A DNA stretch of 47,899 bases, from NCBI GenBank assembly GCA_902781345.1, contig CACZIY010000001.1:1-47899 (forward strand). Direction: 5' to 3'. Below the pieces are notes generated by a model. It did not search any database and was not told the origin of the DNA. It saw nothing but the letters and a program-made list of their open reading frames with translations. Positions 17,801 through 25,343 of the stretch are shown piece after piece (within the stretch, counting starts at the first letter, position 1; each line of letters opens with the position of its first letter). The position numbers and the translations under genes were made by a program. This stretch comes from Oscillospiraceae bacterium (GTDB lineage Bacteria; Bacillota; Clostridia; Oscillospirales; Acutalibacteraceae).

Positions 17801-18715
17801 GGCACCTTTTTTGCCAATTGCATCAAAAATATCCTTGTAAACGCTGTCGGTATCGCCGTAACCGCCTAATGAGCAGTTAACAGATGCTACATTCACACCC
17901 ATATTTTGAGCTTCATAAATATAATTAAAAGCTGCAACGATTTCAGAATCGTTTCCGCCGCCCTCTTCATCAAGAACTTTCAAAGCCATAATTTTTGCGC
18001 TTTGATTTACACCCGAAATACCTTTTTGGTTGTTTGCGGTTGCAGTAATAATTCCGGCACAATGTGAGCCATGACCGTTATCATCCTGCGGATTTGAATC
18101 ACCGTTTGCGAAGTCATAACCGTGAAGACCCGGTAAATCTCTGGTGTTTTCATTTGTCCAAACATTGTCTTTTAAATCTTCGTTTTTATAGTCAAAACCC
18201 GTATCAACAATTGCAATAACTTTTTCGCTGCTGGTTACGCCCTTGTTCCATACTGATTCAGGGTTTAAATCTTTACCCTCATCGCCTTTGTTTTGACCTT
18301 TGTTCTCAAGCGCCCATTGATATTTTGAATAAGTATCATCAGTAATATCAAGTGCTTTTTTCTTGTAGTTAGGTTGAGCCTTAACTACATCTTCTTTTTG
18401 TTTTGCTACCGCAATAATTTGTTCGGTAGAATACTTGCTTGAAGTAAGATGCGCAATGTTTACATACTTCTTACCTGATTTGCCGAAATTAAAAATATTT
18501 TTAATCTTAATATCAGCGCCAAAATAATTGCTGTTTTTCAACAAATCTTTATTTGTTGTTTTTAGTTCGACGATTGCAGAATTTTTTGCATAATCGCCTT
18601 TTAAACTAAACTCTTTTTCAAGACCTTTTGTGCTAGCAGTTGCAGCGACAGAGCCTACACAAATGCTTGAAAAAGCGATTAGAAATGATAAAATTGCCGA
18701 AAATAATTTTTTCAT
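14876..18715 (-). CDS. Large secreted subtilisin-like (S8) serine protease with Kelch-type beta-propeller and Big_2 domains
   Basis: Signal peptide. Catalytic motifs AIVDTGFD, HGSHCAG and GTSMATPYVTG, with a large insert between His and Ser. IPT-like segment. Kelch-like repeats (GKIYLLGG, W..L..MPEGR). Poly-Asp run. C-terminal Big_2 (FTSSNKKVASVNKKGVVTAKSAGKAVITV). Confidence 0.9.
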   Translation of the reverse strand: MKKLFSAILSFLIAFSSICVGSVAATASTKGLEKEFSLKGDYAKNSAIVELKTTNKDLLKNSNYFGADIKIKNIFNFGKSGKKYVNIAHLTSSKYSTEQIIAVAKQKEDVVKAQPNYKKKALDITDDTYSKYQWALENKGQNKGDEGKDLNPESVWNKGVTSSEKVIAIVDTGFDYKNEDLKDNVWTNENTRDLPGLHGYDFANGDSNPQDDNGHGSHCAGIITATANNQKGISGVNQSAKIMALKVLDEEGGGNDSEIVAAFNYIYEAQNMGVNVASVNCSLGGYGDTDSVYKDIFDAIGKKGALICCAAGNESENNDSLDVAPANTNSPYVISVAATNEKDELAAFSNYGAETVDVAAPGTDILSTVSYDCYNPTIYNSEKRAAVSQYFKDFEDDTSGIVLTKGKETQGTIKIEKTNEKFFGIGGSSAKVTVSDVKTGDVFYIKVPYTASGNAGKEGTVQDCFNYLALAPDYNELTADESSFLVYADVDAKDSENLNVLLQEGQYIDGKMNYWSHLNIEPKSAQKDGQNRVLTFALCINADSDEDYVIYFDDIGISKPVSDTSVFGKYDFYNGTSMATPYVTGSVALLNTLHKDLNPIQLKALVMNSVRKTDELKTKTVAGGVLDLSKALTTDSVAPVITSATSENNKVTVEGVYFGDAPKAYINGEEATIVSSSDTKVVVDASGFAYKNVKVAIENVNGTATIKTKVIGVITKFSTASYTSGDGSQLVSDGTNLFLIDPSNLTISLKNEPRSMSDFDDDYDSPVAVGRYLANSKDAETYEYFEEISTPPDVDSLYPEFKDDDLMKGYLYCEGNACYLNNKLWFITNLYTAGNHYKLVSFSFKTFKWTVEGNLPDDKAAKQYTNSMLAAYNGKIYLLGGVNVSNLENGIEDNFMSKMVRVFNEKTDKWSSLADMPEGRALSDVRQIGNKLVVSFGWDGSLLTKKQDLYYAPKTMIFDGSKWTVSNAQTPAFDSIDNFGMIATDEETDFVYDVEFGDFFETRIKKVNYKMIPAFQVSGGISSDSVIYTGKEFSGMGQFASYNLSTNKFSPLSYYLKDNEDYEMIGTSVGGKYYIYNHSINDDDDDDDDDDYALGFKSAKDNDTATPKTDKDENNMYSFSIKTGNVKITKSKVKGGTITGAGEYLPGQNVTITAKADKTHKFASLTVDGKKYTKNSVSVLTSKNITVSAKFSDIAVKSIKLNFKKKTLNVKKKVTIKVKYNPTNATVKTVKFTSSNKKVASVNKKGVVTAKSAGKAVITVKTKNGKKAKCTIIVKQLKK

Positions 18716-18762
18716 AGTACTAACCTCTCTTTTACAGTTTTTTATTATTTTTCAACAGTTTG

Positions 18763-18791
18763 ATTATATAATATTATTAAATAAATATCAA
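18763..18791 (-). promoter_or_regulatory. Candidate sigma-A promoter of the protease gene
   Basis: TTGATA (18791-18786), 17-nt spacer, TATAAT (18768-18763). Confidence 0.5.
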
Positions 18792-18881
18792 GCATTATGA
18801 CATTATTGTAATATATTATTTTTATTTCTGTTAATAAAACGATTTTTTAATTTAAAAGGTTTCAAAATTGTTAAAAAATAC

Positions 18882-18910
18882 TTGAAAAAGTTAAAAAACT
18901 GTGATATAAT
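18882..18910 (+). promoter_or_regulatory. Sigma-A promoter of the pheST leader
   Basis: TTGAAA (18882-18887), 17-nt spacer, TATAAT (18905-18910). Confidence 0.6.
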
Positions 18911-18916
18911 TTTTTC

Positions 18917-19175
18917 AGTTGAAATAACATTAAACACATTGACAAAGGAAAGTAGAATTATTTCTGAATTTCAGAGAGAACGACATTTTTGCTGAAAGTC
19001 GTTTAATTTAAGAGTTTTTTGAAGTTCCCTTTCGAGTGGTGCGAGTGAATTTTTTAGTAGTTCGCAACGGGTTGGTCGTCGTTATTCGGTCGCAAAAGTG
19101 TTTGCTTTTTGCAAAAATTAAGGTGGTACCGCGGAATTTTCGCCCTTGTAGTTTACAAGGGCGTTTTATTTTTAT
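18917..19175 (+). promoter_or_regulatory. T-box riboswitch leader (Phe specifier) with terminator
   Basis: Stem I elements AGAGAGA and GCTGAAAG. TTC codons at 19025-19027 and 19031-19033 in the specifier region. Conserved T-box AGGTGGTACCGCGG (19121-19134). Terminator CGCCCTTGTA / TACAAGGGCG plus T-run (19141-19173). Directly upstream of pheS. Confidence 0.85.
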
Positions 19176-19203
19176 CGCCTAAGAAAAAAGGAGAATAAGT
19201 TTT

Positions 19204-20226
19204 ATGAAAGAAAAAATAAACAGCATTTTAACTATTGCTAAAGAAAAGCTTAATAGTGCAAATGAAATGCAAGCTTTAGAAGACCTTAGAGTAAAATACT
19301 TAGGTAAGAAAGGCGAACTTACAGGACTTTTAAAACAATTAGGCTCGTTATCTGCCGAAGAGCGTCCTAAGGTTGGTCAATTAGTAAACCAAGCAAAGCA
19401 AGAATTAGATGAAAGAATTAAAGAAAAGGTTGCTGAAATTAAAGAGGCAGAACTTCAAAAAAGACTTGAAAAAGAAAAAATTGATGTTACTATGCCGGGA
19501 AAAAGAACAAATATCGGCTACAAGCACCCTCTTTCACAGGTTTTAGATGAGCTTAAAGAAATCTTTATGGGTATGGGCTTCTCGGTTGTTGAAGGACCTG
19601 AGGTTGAGCTTGATTATTACAACTTTGAGGCACTTAATTTGCCAAAAGATCACCCTGCAAGAGATACACAAGATACATTTTATATTTCAGAAAACACACT
19701 TCTTCGTACACAAACTTCACCGGTTCAAGTTCGTGTTATGGAGAAACAAAAACCACCGCTTCGCATCATCTCGCCGGGTAGAGTTTATCGTTCTGACGAA
19801 GTTGATGCTAACCACTCACCTTTATTCCATCAAATCGAGGGACTTGCGGTTGATAAAGGCATTACAATGGGCGACTTAAAAGGCACTCTTGAAACCTTTG
19901 CAAAAAGACTTTACGGTGAAGATGCTGTTGTTCGTTTCAGACCTCACCACTTCCCATTTACAGAGCCTTCTGCTGAAATGGATATTCAATGCTTCTCTTG
20001 TGGCGGTAAAGGCTGTCGCCTTTGCAAAAATGAGGGTTGGATTGAAATTTTAGGTTGCGGAATGGTACACCCAAAAGTGCTTGAAAACTGCGGAATTGAC
20101 CCTGAAGAATATCAAGGTTTTGCATTTGGTATCGGTCTTGAAAGAATTGTTATGAGAAAGTTCAAGATTGATGATATGCGTCTTTTATATGAAAACGATA
20201 TGAAATTCTTCGAGAGTATTAAATAA
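19204..20226 (+). CDS. pheS: Phenylalanine--tRNA ligase alpha subunit
   Basis: 340 aa. Class II aaRS motifs ([23 protein letters not shown]). Confidence 0.95.
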   Translation: MKEKINSILTIAKEKLNSANEMQALEDLRVKYLGKKGELTGLLKQLGSLSAEERPKVGQLVNQAKQELDERIKEKVAEIKEAELQKRLEKEKIDVTMPGKRTNIGYKHPLSQVLDELKEIFMGMGFSVVEGPEVELDYYNFEALNLPKDHPARDTQDTFYISENTLLRTQTSPVQVRVMEKQKPPLRIISPGRVYRSDEVDANHSPLFHQIEGLAVDKGITMGDLKGTLETFAKRLYGEDAVVRFRPHHFPFTEPSAEMDIQCFSCGGKGCRLCKNEGWIEILGCGMVHPKVLENCGIDPEEYQGFAFGIGLERIVMRKFKIDDMRLLYENDMKFFESIK

Positions 20227-20240
20227 GGGGGAAAGCGAAA

Positions 20241-22616
20241 ATGGATTTATCTTTAAATTGGTTAAAAGAATTTGTTGATACTGGCTGTACTGACCCAAGA
20301 GAATTTTCTGAGAGAATGACAATGTCAGGCTCAAAGGTTGAGGGTTACACTTTAACTGCCGAAGAAATCGACAAGGTTGTTGTCGGTAAAGTTTTATCAA
20401 TTGAAAAACACCCTGACGCTGACAAATTGGTAGTTTGCCAAATTGATGTTGGCAGTGAAAATATTCAAATTGTAACAGGCGCTTCAAACTTAACTGTTGG
20501 TGATTTAGTTCCTGTTGCACTTGACGGCTCTTCTTTGCCAAACGGCGTTAAAATCAAAAAGGGCAAGCTTCGTGGTGTTGAAAGCTTTGGTATGATGTGC
20601 TCATTAGGCGAGTTAAATCTTACTCAAAACGATTTCCCTTATGCTATTGAAGATGGTATTTTTGTTTTGCAAGAGGATTGCAAACCTGGCGATAATATTG
20701 TTGATGTTTTAAATCTTGATGATACAATTGTTGAATTTGAAATTACACCAAACAGACAAGATTGTCTTTCGGTAATCGGTCTTGCAAGAGAGGCTGCTGT
20801 AACATTTCAAAAGCCTTTAAAGCTTCACACTCCAAAGGTTAATGAAAAAGGCGGCGATATTAACGATTATTTAAGCGTTAAAGTTACTGCTCCAACGCTT
20901 TGCAATCGCTATATGGCAAGAGTTGTAAAGAATATTAAAATTGAGCCATCACCGCTTTGGCTTAGAGAGCGACTTCGTTCAATGGGTGTTAGACCAATTA
21001 ACAATATAGTAGATATTACAAACTATGTTATGCTTGAATATGGTCAGCCTATGCACGCCTTCGACTACCGTTTTGTAAAGGGTAAAAACATTATTGTTCG
21101 TACCGCTGAAAACGGTGAAAAAATCACAACTCTTGATGATGTTGAAAGAACACTTACCGATAAAATGCTTGTTATTGCCAATGAGGAATCTCCTATGGCA
21201 ATCGGTGGCGTTATGGGTGGTGAATTTTCAGGAATTATGGACGATACTACTACAATCGTTTTTGAATCCGCTTGTTTTTATGGCCCGTCTATTCGTAACA
21301 CTTCAAGAGCGCTTTCGCTTCGTACTGACGCTTCTGCAAAATACGAAAAAGGTCTTGACCCACAAAACTGTAAAGAAGCTTTAGAGCGTGCTGCTGAGCT
21401 TATTGACATTTTAAATTGTGGCGATGTTGTCAGCGGTGTTATTGATGTTGATAATTCTAATTACACACCTGCTACTATTAAATTAGAGCCTGAATGGATT
21501 AACGCATTCATCGGTATGGAAGTTTCAAAAGAACAGATGATTAAAACCTTATGCGACCTTGACTTTAAGGTTGAAAATGATATTATTACTGTTCCGTCAT
21601 ATCGTCAAGATGTTTTGCATAAAGCTGATATCGCCGAAGAAATCGCAAGATTTTATGGTTATGATAAAATCGAAACTACCAGCCTTAAGGGTGCTGTAAA
21701 TGCAAAATATACTGCTGAACAAAAAGGCGAAATTAAGGTTAACGAAACCTTGCTTGCTTGCGGTTACAGCGAGATTAGCACATTTTCATTTATCAGCCCG
21801 AAATTCTATGATAAAATGCTTGTTCCGCAAAACAGCCCAATTCGTGATTCGGTTAAAATTCTAAATCCACTTGGCGAAGATACCTCTATTATGAGAACCT
21901 TCTCTTTGCCTTCAATGATGCAGGTTTTGGCTACTAACTATGCAAGCAGAAATATGAGCGCAAAACTTTATGAAATCGCTACTGAATACATTAAAGTTGA
22001 CGGTCAAGAATTGCCAAATGAGCCGAAAAAAATCGTTATCGGTGCTTATGGCGATGATTATGATTACTTCGACTTAAAGGGTGCAGTTGAAGAATTGCTT
22101 TTTGCACTTAATATTAAAGATTTTGATATTGAGCCTGTTAGCGATATTCCTTGGTATCACCCTGGCAGATGTGCAAAATTAAGCCTTGGCGATGATGAGT
22201 TTGGCTATCTTGGCGAAGTTCATCCAATTGCTGTTAAGAATTACGGCATAGGCAAAAAGGTTTATGCGGCTTCACTTGATTTTGCTACACTTTTAAAACA
22301 CTCAGTTAGTGAAAAAGAATATCATCATATGCCTCGCTTCCCTGCTTCAACTCGTGATTTGGCGCTTGTTTGCGACAAAGATTTACCTGTTGTTTCAATT
22401 GAAAAAGCAATCAAATCGGCTGTTCCGAAATTGATTGAAAAGGTAAACTTGTTTGATGTTTACACAGGCGACCAGGTTGAAAGCGGTAAAAAGAGCGTTG
22501 CATATAGCATTGTTCTTCGTGCTAATGACAGAACACTTACTGATGAAGAAACCGAAAACGCTGTTAAAAAGATTTTAAAAGCACTCAAAACTATCGGCGC
22601 TGAGCTTAGAGTGTAA
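20241..22616 (+). CDS. pheT: Phenylalanine--tRNA ligase beta subunit
   Basis: 791 aa. N-terminal tRNA-binding OB domain, then B3/4, B5 and FDX-ACB domains. Immediately downstream of pheS. Confidence 0.95.
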   Translation: MDLSLNWLKEFVDTGCTDPREFSERMTMSGSKVEGYTLTAEEIDKVVVGKVLSIEKHPDADKLVVCQIDVGSENIQIVTGASNLTVGDLVPVALDGSSLPNGVKIKKGKLRGVESFGMMCSLGELNLTQNDFPYAIEDGIFVLQEDCKPGDNIVDVLNLDDTIVEFEITPNRQDCLSVIGLAREAAVTFQKPLKLHTPKVNEKGGDINDYLSVKVTAPTLCNRYMARVVKNIKIEPSPLWLRERLRSMGVRPINNIVDITNYVMLEYGQPMHAFDYRFVKGKNIIVRTAENGEKITTLDDVERTLTDKMLVIANEESPMAIGGVMGGEFSGIMDDTTTIVFESACFYGPSIRNTSRALSLRTDASAKYEKGLDPQNCKEALERAAELIDILNCGDVVSGVIDVDNSNYTPATIKLEPEWINAFIGMEVSKEQMIKTLCDLDFKVENDIITVPSYRQDVLHKADIAEEIARFYGYDKIETTSLKGAVNAKYTAEQKGEIKVNETLLACGYSEISTFSFISPKFYDKMLVPQNSPIRDSVKILNPLGEDTSIMRTFSLPSMMQVLATNYASRNMSAKLYEIATEYIKVDGQELPNEPKKIVIGAYGDDYDYFDLKGAVEELLFALNIKDFDIEPVSDIPWYHPGRCAKLSLGDDEFGYLGEVHPIAVKNYGIGKKVYAASLDFATLLKHSVSEKEYHHMPRFPASTRDLALVCDKDLPVVSIEKAIKSAVPKLIEKVNLFDVYTGDQVESGKKSVAYSIVLRANDRTLTDEETENAVKKILKALKTIGAELRV

Positions 22617-22629
22617 TTTACTACAAATT

Positions 22630-22659
22630 AAAAACCTCACCTAAAAGGTGAGGTTTTTT
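22630..22659. terminator. Bidirectional intrinsic terminator (pheT and GH5-CBM gene)
   Basis: CCTCACC-TAAAA-GGTGAGG hairpin with A-run and T-run flanks. Confidence 0.75.
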
Positions 22660-22663
22660 GTTT

Positions 22664-25150
22664 TTACATACCTGTTAGTTTGATTTTATCAATATAGCAA
22701 CCCGAAGTTCCTGCAGTACTAATAGTAAATCTCACTTTAACATTTGATGTTGAATTGACTGTAAATGTACCGCAGTTAATTGTAATGTAATCTGCAATAA
22801 AATTAGAGTTTCCGTTTGTATATGCAAAATTAACATTTGAAGCAACGGTAGTTCCGTTTACAGTGATATTGAATTTACTTCTTGTCGGCGTTGCACGAGT
22901 CGGTACTGAAAGAGTATATGTACCTGCTTGAACAGAATTAAGTGTAAACTCAACATATTTGCCCGAAGTCGGATTTGACGAGCAAAGCACAACAAAACTA
23001 TTTGTTCCGCAATTATAATCATTTGTTGCGTTGAATATTCCTACCGAGCCGTTAGTTGAACGAGAAACACTTTCGGCTTCAAATGTATAATTTTTTGGAA
23101 CAGAATTGCGGGTTAATTTTATTTTATCAATATAACAACCCGAATTTCCTGCACTGCTGATTGTAAATCTTAATTTTACATTAGAAGTTGAAGAAACTGT
23201 AATATTGCCGCAACTGATTGTAACATAATCTGCAATAAATCCCGAAGCGCCGCTTGAATAAGCAAAGTTTACATTTGATGCAGTAGTTGTACCATTTACG
23301 CTGATGTTAAACTTACTTCTTGTCGGCGTTGCACGAGTAGGCACTGAAAGAGTATATGTACCTGCTTGAACAGAATTGAGTGTAAACTCGACATATTTGC
23401 CCGATGTTGGATTTGATGAGCAGAGTGTTACAAATTTGTTTGTTCCGCAATTATAGTCGTTTGTCGCTGTGAAAATTCCTACCGAGCCATTAGTAGTACG
23501 AGTAAGATTCTCCGCTTCAAATGTGTAACTGTTTGTAGCGGAAGTGGTTGTTGTAGTGTTTGTAGATGAACCCGATGAACGATTAAGTTTAATCTTATCA
23601 ATATAACAACCTGAATTTCCCGCGCTGCTGATTGTAAATCTGATTTTTACATTAGAAGTTTGATTAGAAGCAATAGTTAAATTACCGCAATTTATTGTAA
23701 CATAATCTGCAACAAACCCCGAAGCACCGCTTGAATAAGCGAAGTTAACATTTGATGCGGTGGTAGTGCCGTTTACGCTGATATTAAACTTACTTCTTGT
23801 CGGTGTTGCACGAGTCGGCACTAAAAGATTATAAGTTCCTGCCTGAACAGATGGAATTGTAAATTCAACATATTTGCCCGATGTTGGATTTGATGTGCAA
23901 AGTGCAATAAATTTATTTGTTCCGCAGTTATAATCATTTGTTGCAACAAAAGTTTCAATTGTGCCGTTTGTTGTGCGGTTAAGATTTTCTGCTTCAAAAG
24001 TATAATTTCCGTTCGCATTTGAAGCAGGTACAGTAGTAGGTGCTTGTGTATTTGCTGTGTTAACAAGTGCCGAAATAATACCTTGTTTTGCAACTTGGCA
24101 GGTGCTTCTGTCAATCAATGCAAAAGCATCGCCACCATTTGATGAGGTTACTTTACCATTATCCCACCAAATGCCTTTAATTCCGTAAGAGTTGCAGGTT
24201 TCAACAACTTTTTGAGCATAAGCCGCTCTTGCTGAATCATTGCTTTTGTTAACAGCACCGAATTCGCCGAGAATTACAGGAATATTTGCTTCGATATACT
24301 GAGAGAATTTCGAGCAAAATGAGTTGATTGTGCTAATATCACTTTGAGAGCCGAATGTGGTTTGATTGCCCCAAGTGAAACAGAAATTTTGCGGATAATA
24401 ACTATGGAATTCTACTGCAATTCTGTTTGAAGCGGTATCAGTAGGGAGAATAAATCCATTAGTGTCAAAATTTGCCGCATAAGTGCTGATAATGAGTGTT
24501 CTGCTCGAATTGTTTGAGCCTGTTGCACGAACAGAATTTACAAACACTTGTGCTAATTGGTTTAGATTTTGATAATCATTTCCCGAAGCGTTCCAAGTGT
24601 TTTCGGTTTTTCGCATCTCATTATAACCTTCAAATAAAAGATGGTCGCCGTAGTTTTTAAACCTGTTTGCAATCGCTGTCCAAAGGTTGCCGAATTTTGT
24701 TTTTCTTTCAGACATTCCTGTATCAGAAGTATTCAGCCAACTCATTTCGTGATGAGTATTAACGATACAGAACATATCCTCCTCTAAAATCCAGTCAACA
24801 ACTTGGTTTACCCTTGTCAACCATTGCTCATTTGGAACGCCTGTTGATGAGTTTATCGAGCCGTCCCAAGTTACCGGCAAACGAATTGTGTTGAAGCCGG
24901 CATTTTTGTATGCGAGAATCAGATTTTTTGTAATTGCCGGATTTCCCCAATAGGTTTCTCCATGACCAAAGGAGGAATCCAGAGTGTCGCCGATGTTGAT
25001 TCCCACATTCATTTCTGCTACAAGATTATACGCTGTTATATTTCGCATAGTCATGTAGTTCGCTCCGTATGCCGTTTGTGGCACAATAAGAGCCGCCAAG
25101 ATTAATACTATTGATAATAGTATTGCGAGAGATTGAAAAATTTTTTTCAT
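22664..25150 (-). CDS. Secreted GH5 cellulase with three tandem C-terminal CBM6/35-like carbohydrate-binding modules
   Basis: Signal peptide. GH5 motifs IRLPVTWD, IVNTHHE, LLFEGYNE, ILGEFG. Then three repeats of about 140 aa that begin YTFEAE and end CYIDKIKL. Confidence 0.85.
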   Translation of the reverse strand: MKKIFQSLAILLSIVLILAALIVPQTAYGANYMTMRNITAYNLVAEMNVGINIGDTLDSSFGHGETYWGNPAITKNLILAYKNAGFNTIRLPVTWDGSINSSTGVPNEQWLTRVNQVVDWILEEDMFCIVNTHHEMSWLNTSDTGMSERKTKFGNLWTAIANRFKNYGDHLLFEGYNEMRKTENTWNASGNDYQNLNQLAQVFVNSVRATGSNNSSRTLIISTYAANFDTNGFILPTDTASNRIAVEFHSYYPQNFCFTWGNQTTFGSQSDISTINSFCSKFSQYIEANIPVILGEFGAVNKSNDSARAAYAQKVVETCNSYGIKGIWWDNGKVTSSNGGDAFALIDRSTCQVAKQGIISALVNTANTQAPTTVPASNANGNYTFEAENLNRTTNGTIETFVATNDYNCGTNKFIALCTSNPTSGKYVEFTIPSVQAGTYNLLVPTRATPTRSKFNISVNGTTTASNVNFAYSSGASGFVADYVTINCGNLTIASNQTSNVKIRFTISSAGNSGCYIDKIKLNRSSGSSTNTTTTTSATNSYTFEAENLTRTTNGSVGIFTATNDYNCGTNKFVTLCSSNPTSGKYVEFTLNSVQAGTYTLSVPTRATPTRSKFNISVNGTTTASNVNFAYSSGASGFIADYVTISCGNITVSSTSNVKLRFTISSAGNSGCYIDKIKLTRNSVPKNYTFEAESVSRSTNGSVGIFNATNDYNCGTNSFVVLCSSNPTSGKYVEFTLNSVQAGTYTLSVPTRATPTRSKFNITVNGTTVASNVNFAYTNGNSNFIADYITINCGTFTVNSTSNVKVRFTISTAGTSGCYIDKIKLTGM
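22667..24012 (-). repeat. Three in-frame tandem coding repeats (the CBM modules), periods about 438 and 477 nt
   Basis: Long near-identical stretches, for example TTCTTGTCGG at 22879, 23317 and 23794, and CTTGAACAGAATT..AGTGTAAACTC in copies 2 and 3. Confidence 0.8.
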
Positions 25151-25183
25151 TTATAATTACCTCCAAATTATAAAGTTATGCAC

Positions 25184-25212
25184 ATAATATCATTACATTA
25201 TACAAAAATCAA
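25184..25212 (-). promoter_or_regulatory. Candidate promoter of the GH5-CBM gene
   Basis: TTGATT (25212-25207), 17-nt spacer, TATTAT (25189-25184). An alternative TATAAT lies at 25202-25197. Confidence 0.4.
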
Positions 25213-25311
25213 TACTATTTTTGAATATTTGGAGGCACTTTGAATAATTTTGTTAAACTTACATAAAGAATGTGATAGAAAATTGTCGGAAAAAATTTTG
25301 CTAAAAAATAC

Positions 25312-25343
25312 AAAAGACCTCACCTAAAAGGTGAGGTCTTTCT
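25312..25343 (-). terminator. Intrinsic terminator of the MoxR / DUF58 / transglutaminase operon
   Basis: AAGACCTCACC / GGTGAGGTCTT 11-bp stem, with T-rich sequence following on the minus strand. Shares a 21-nt core with the hairpin at 22634-22654. Confidence 0.7.
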
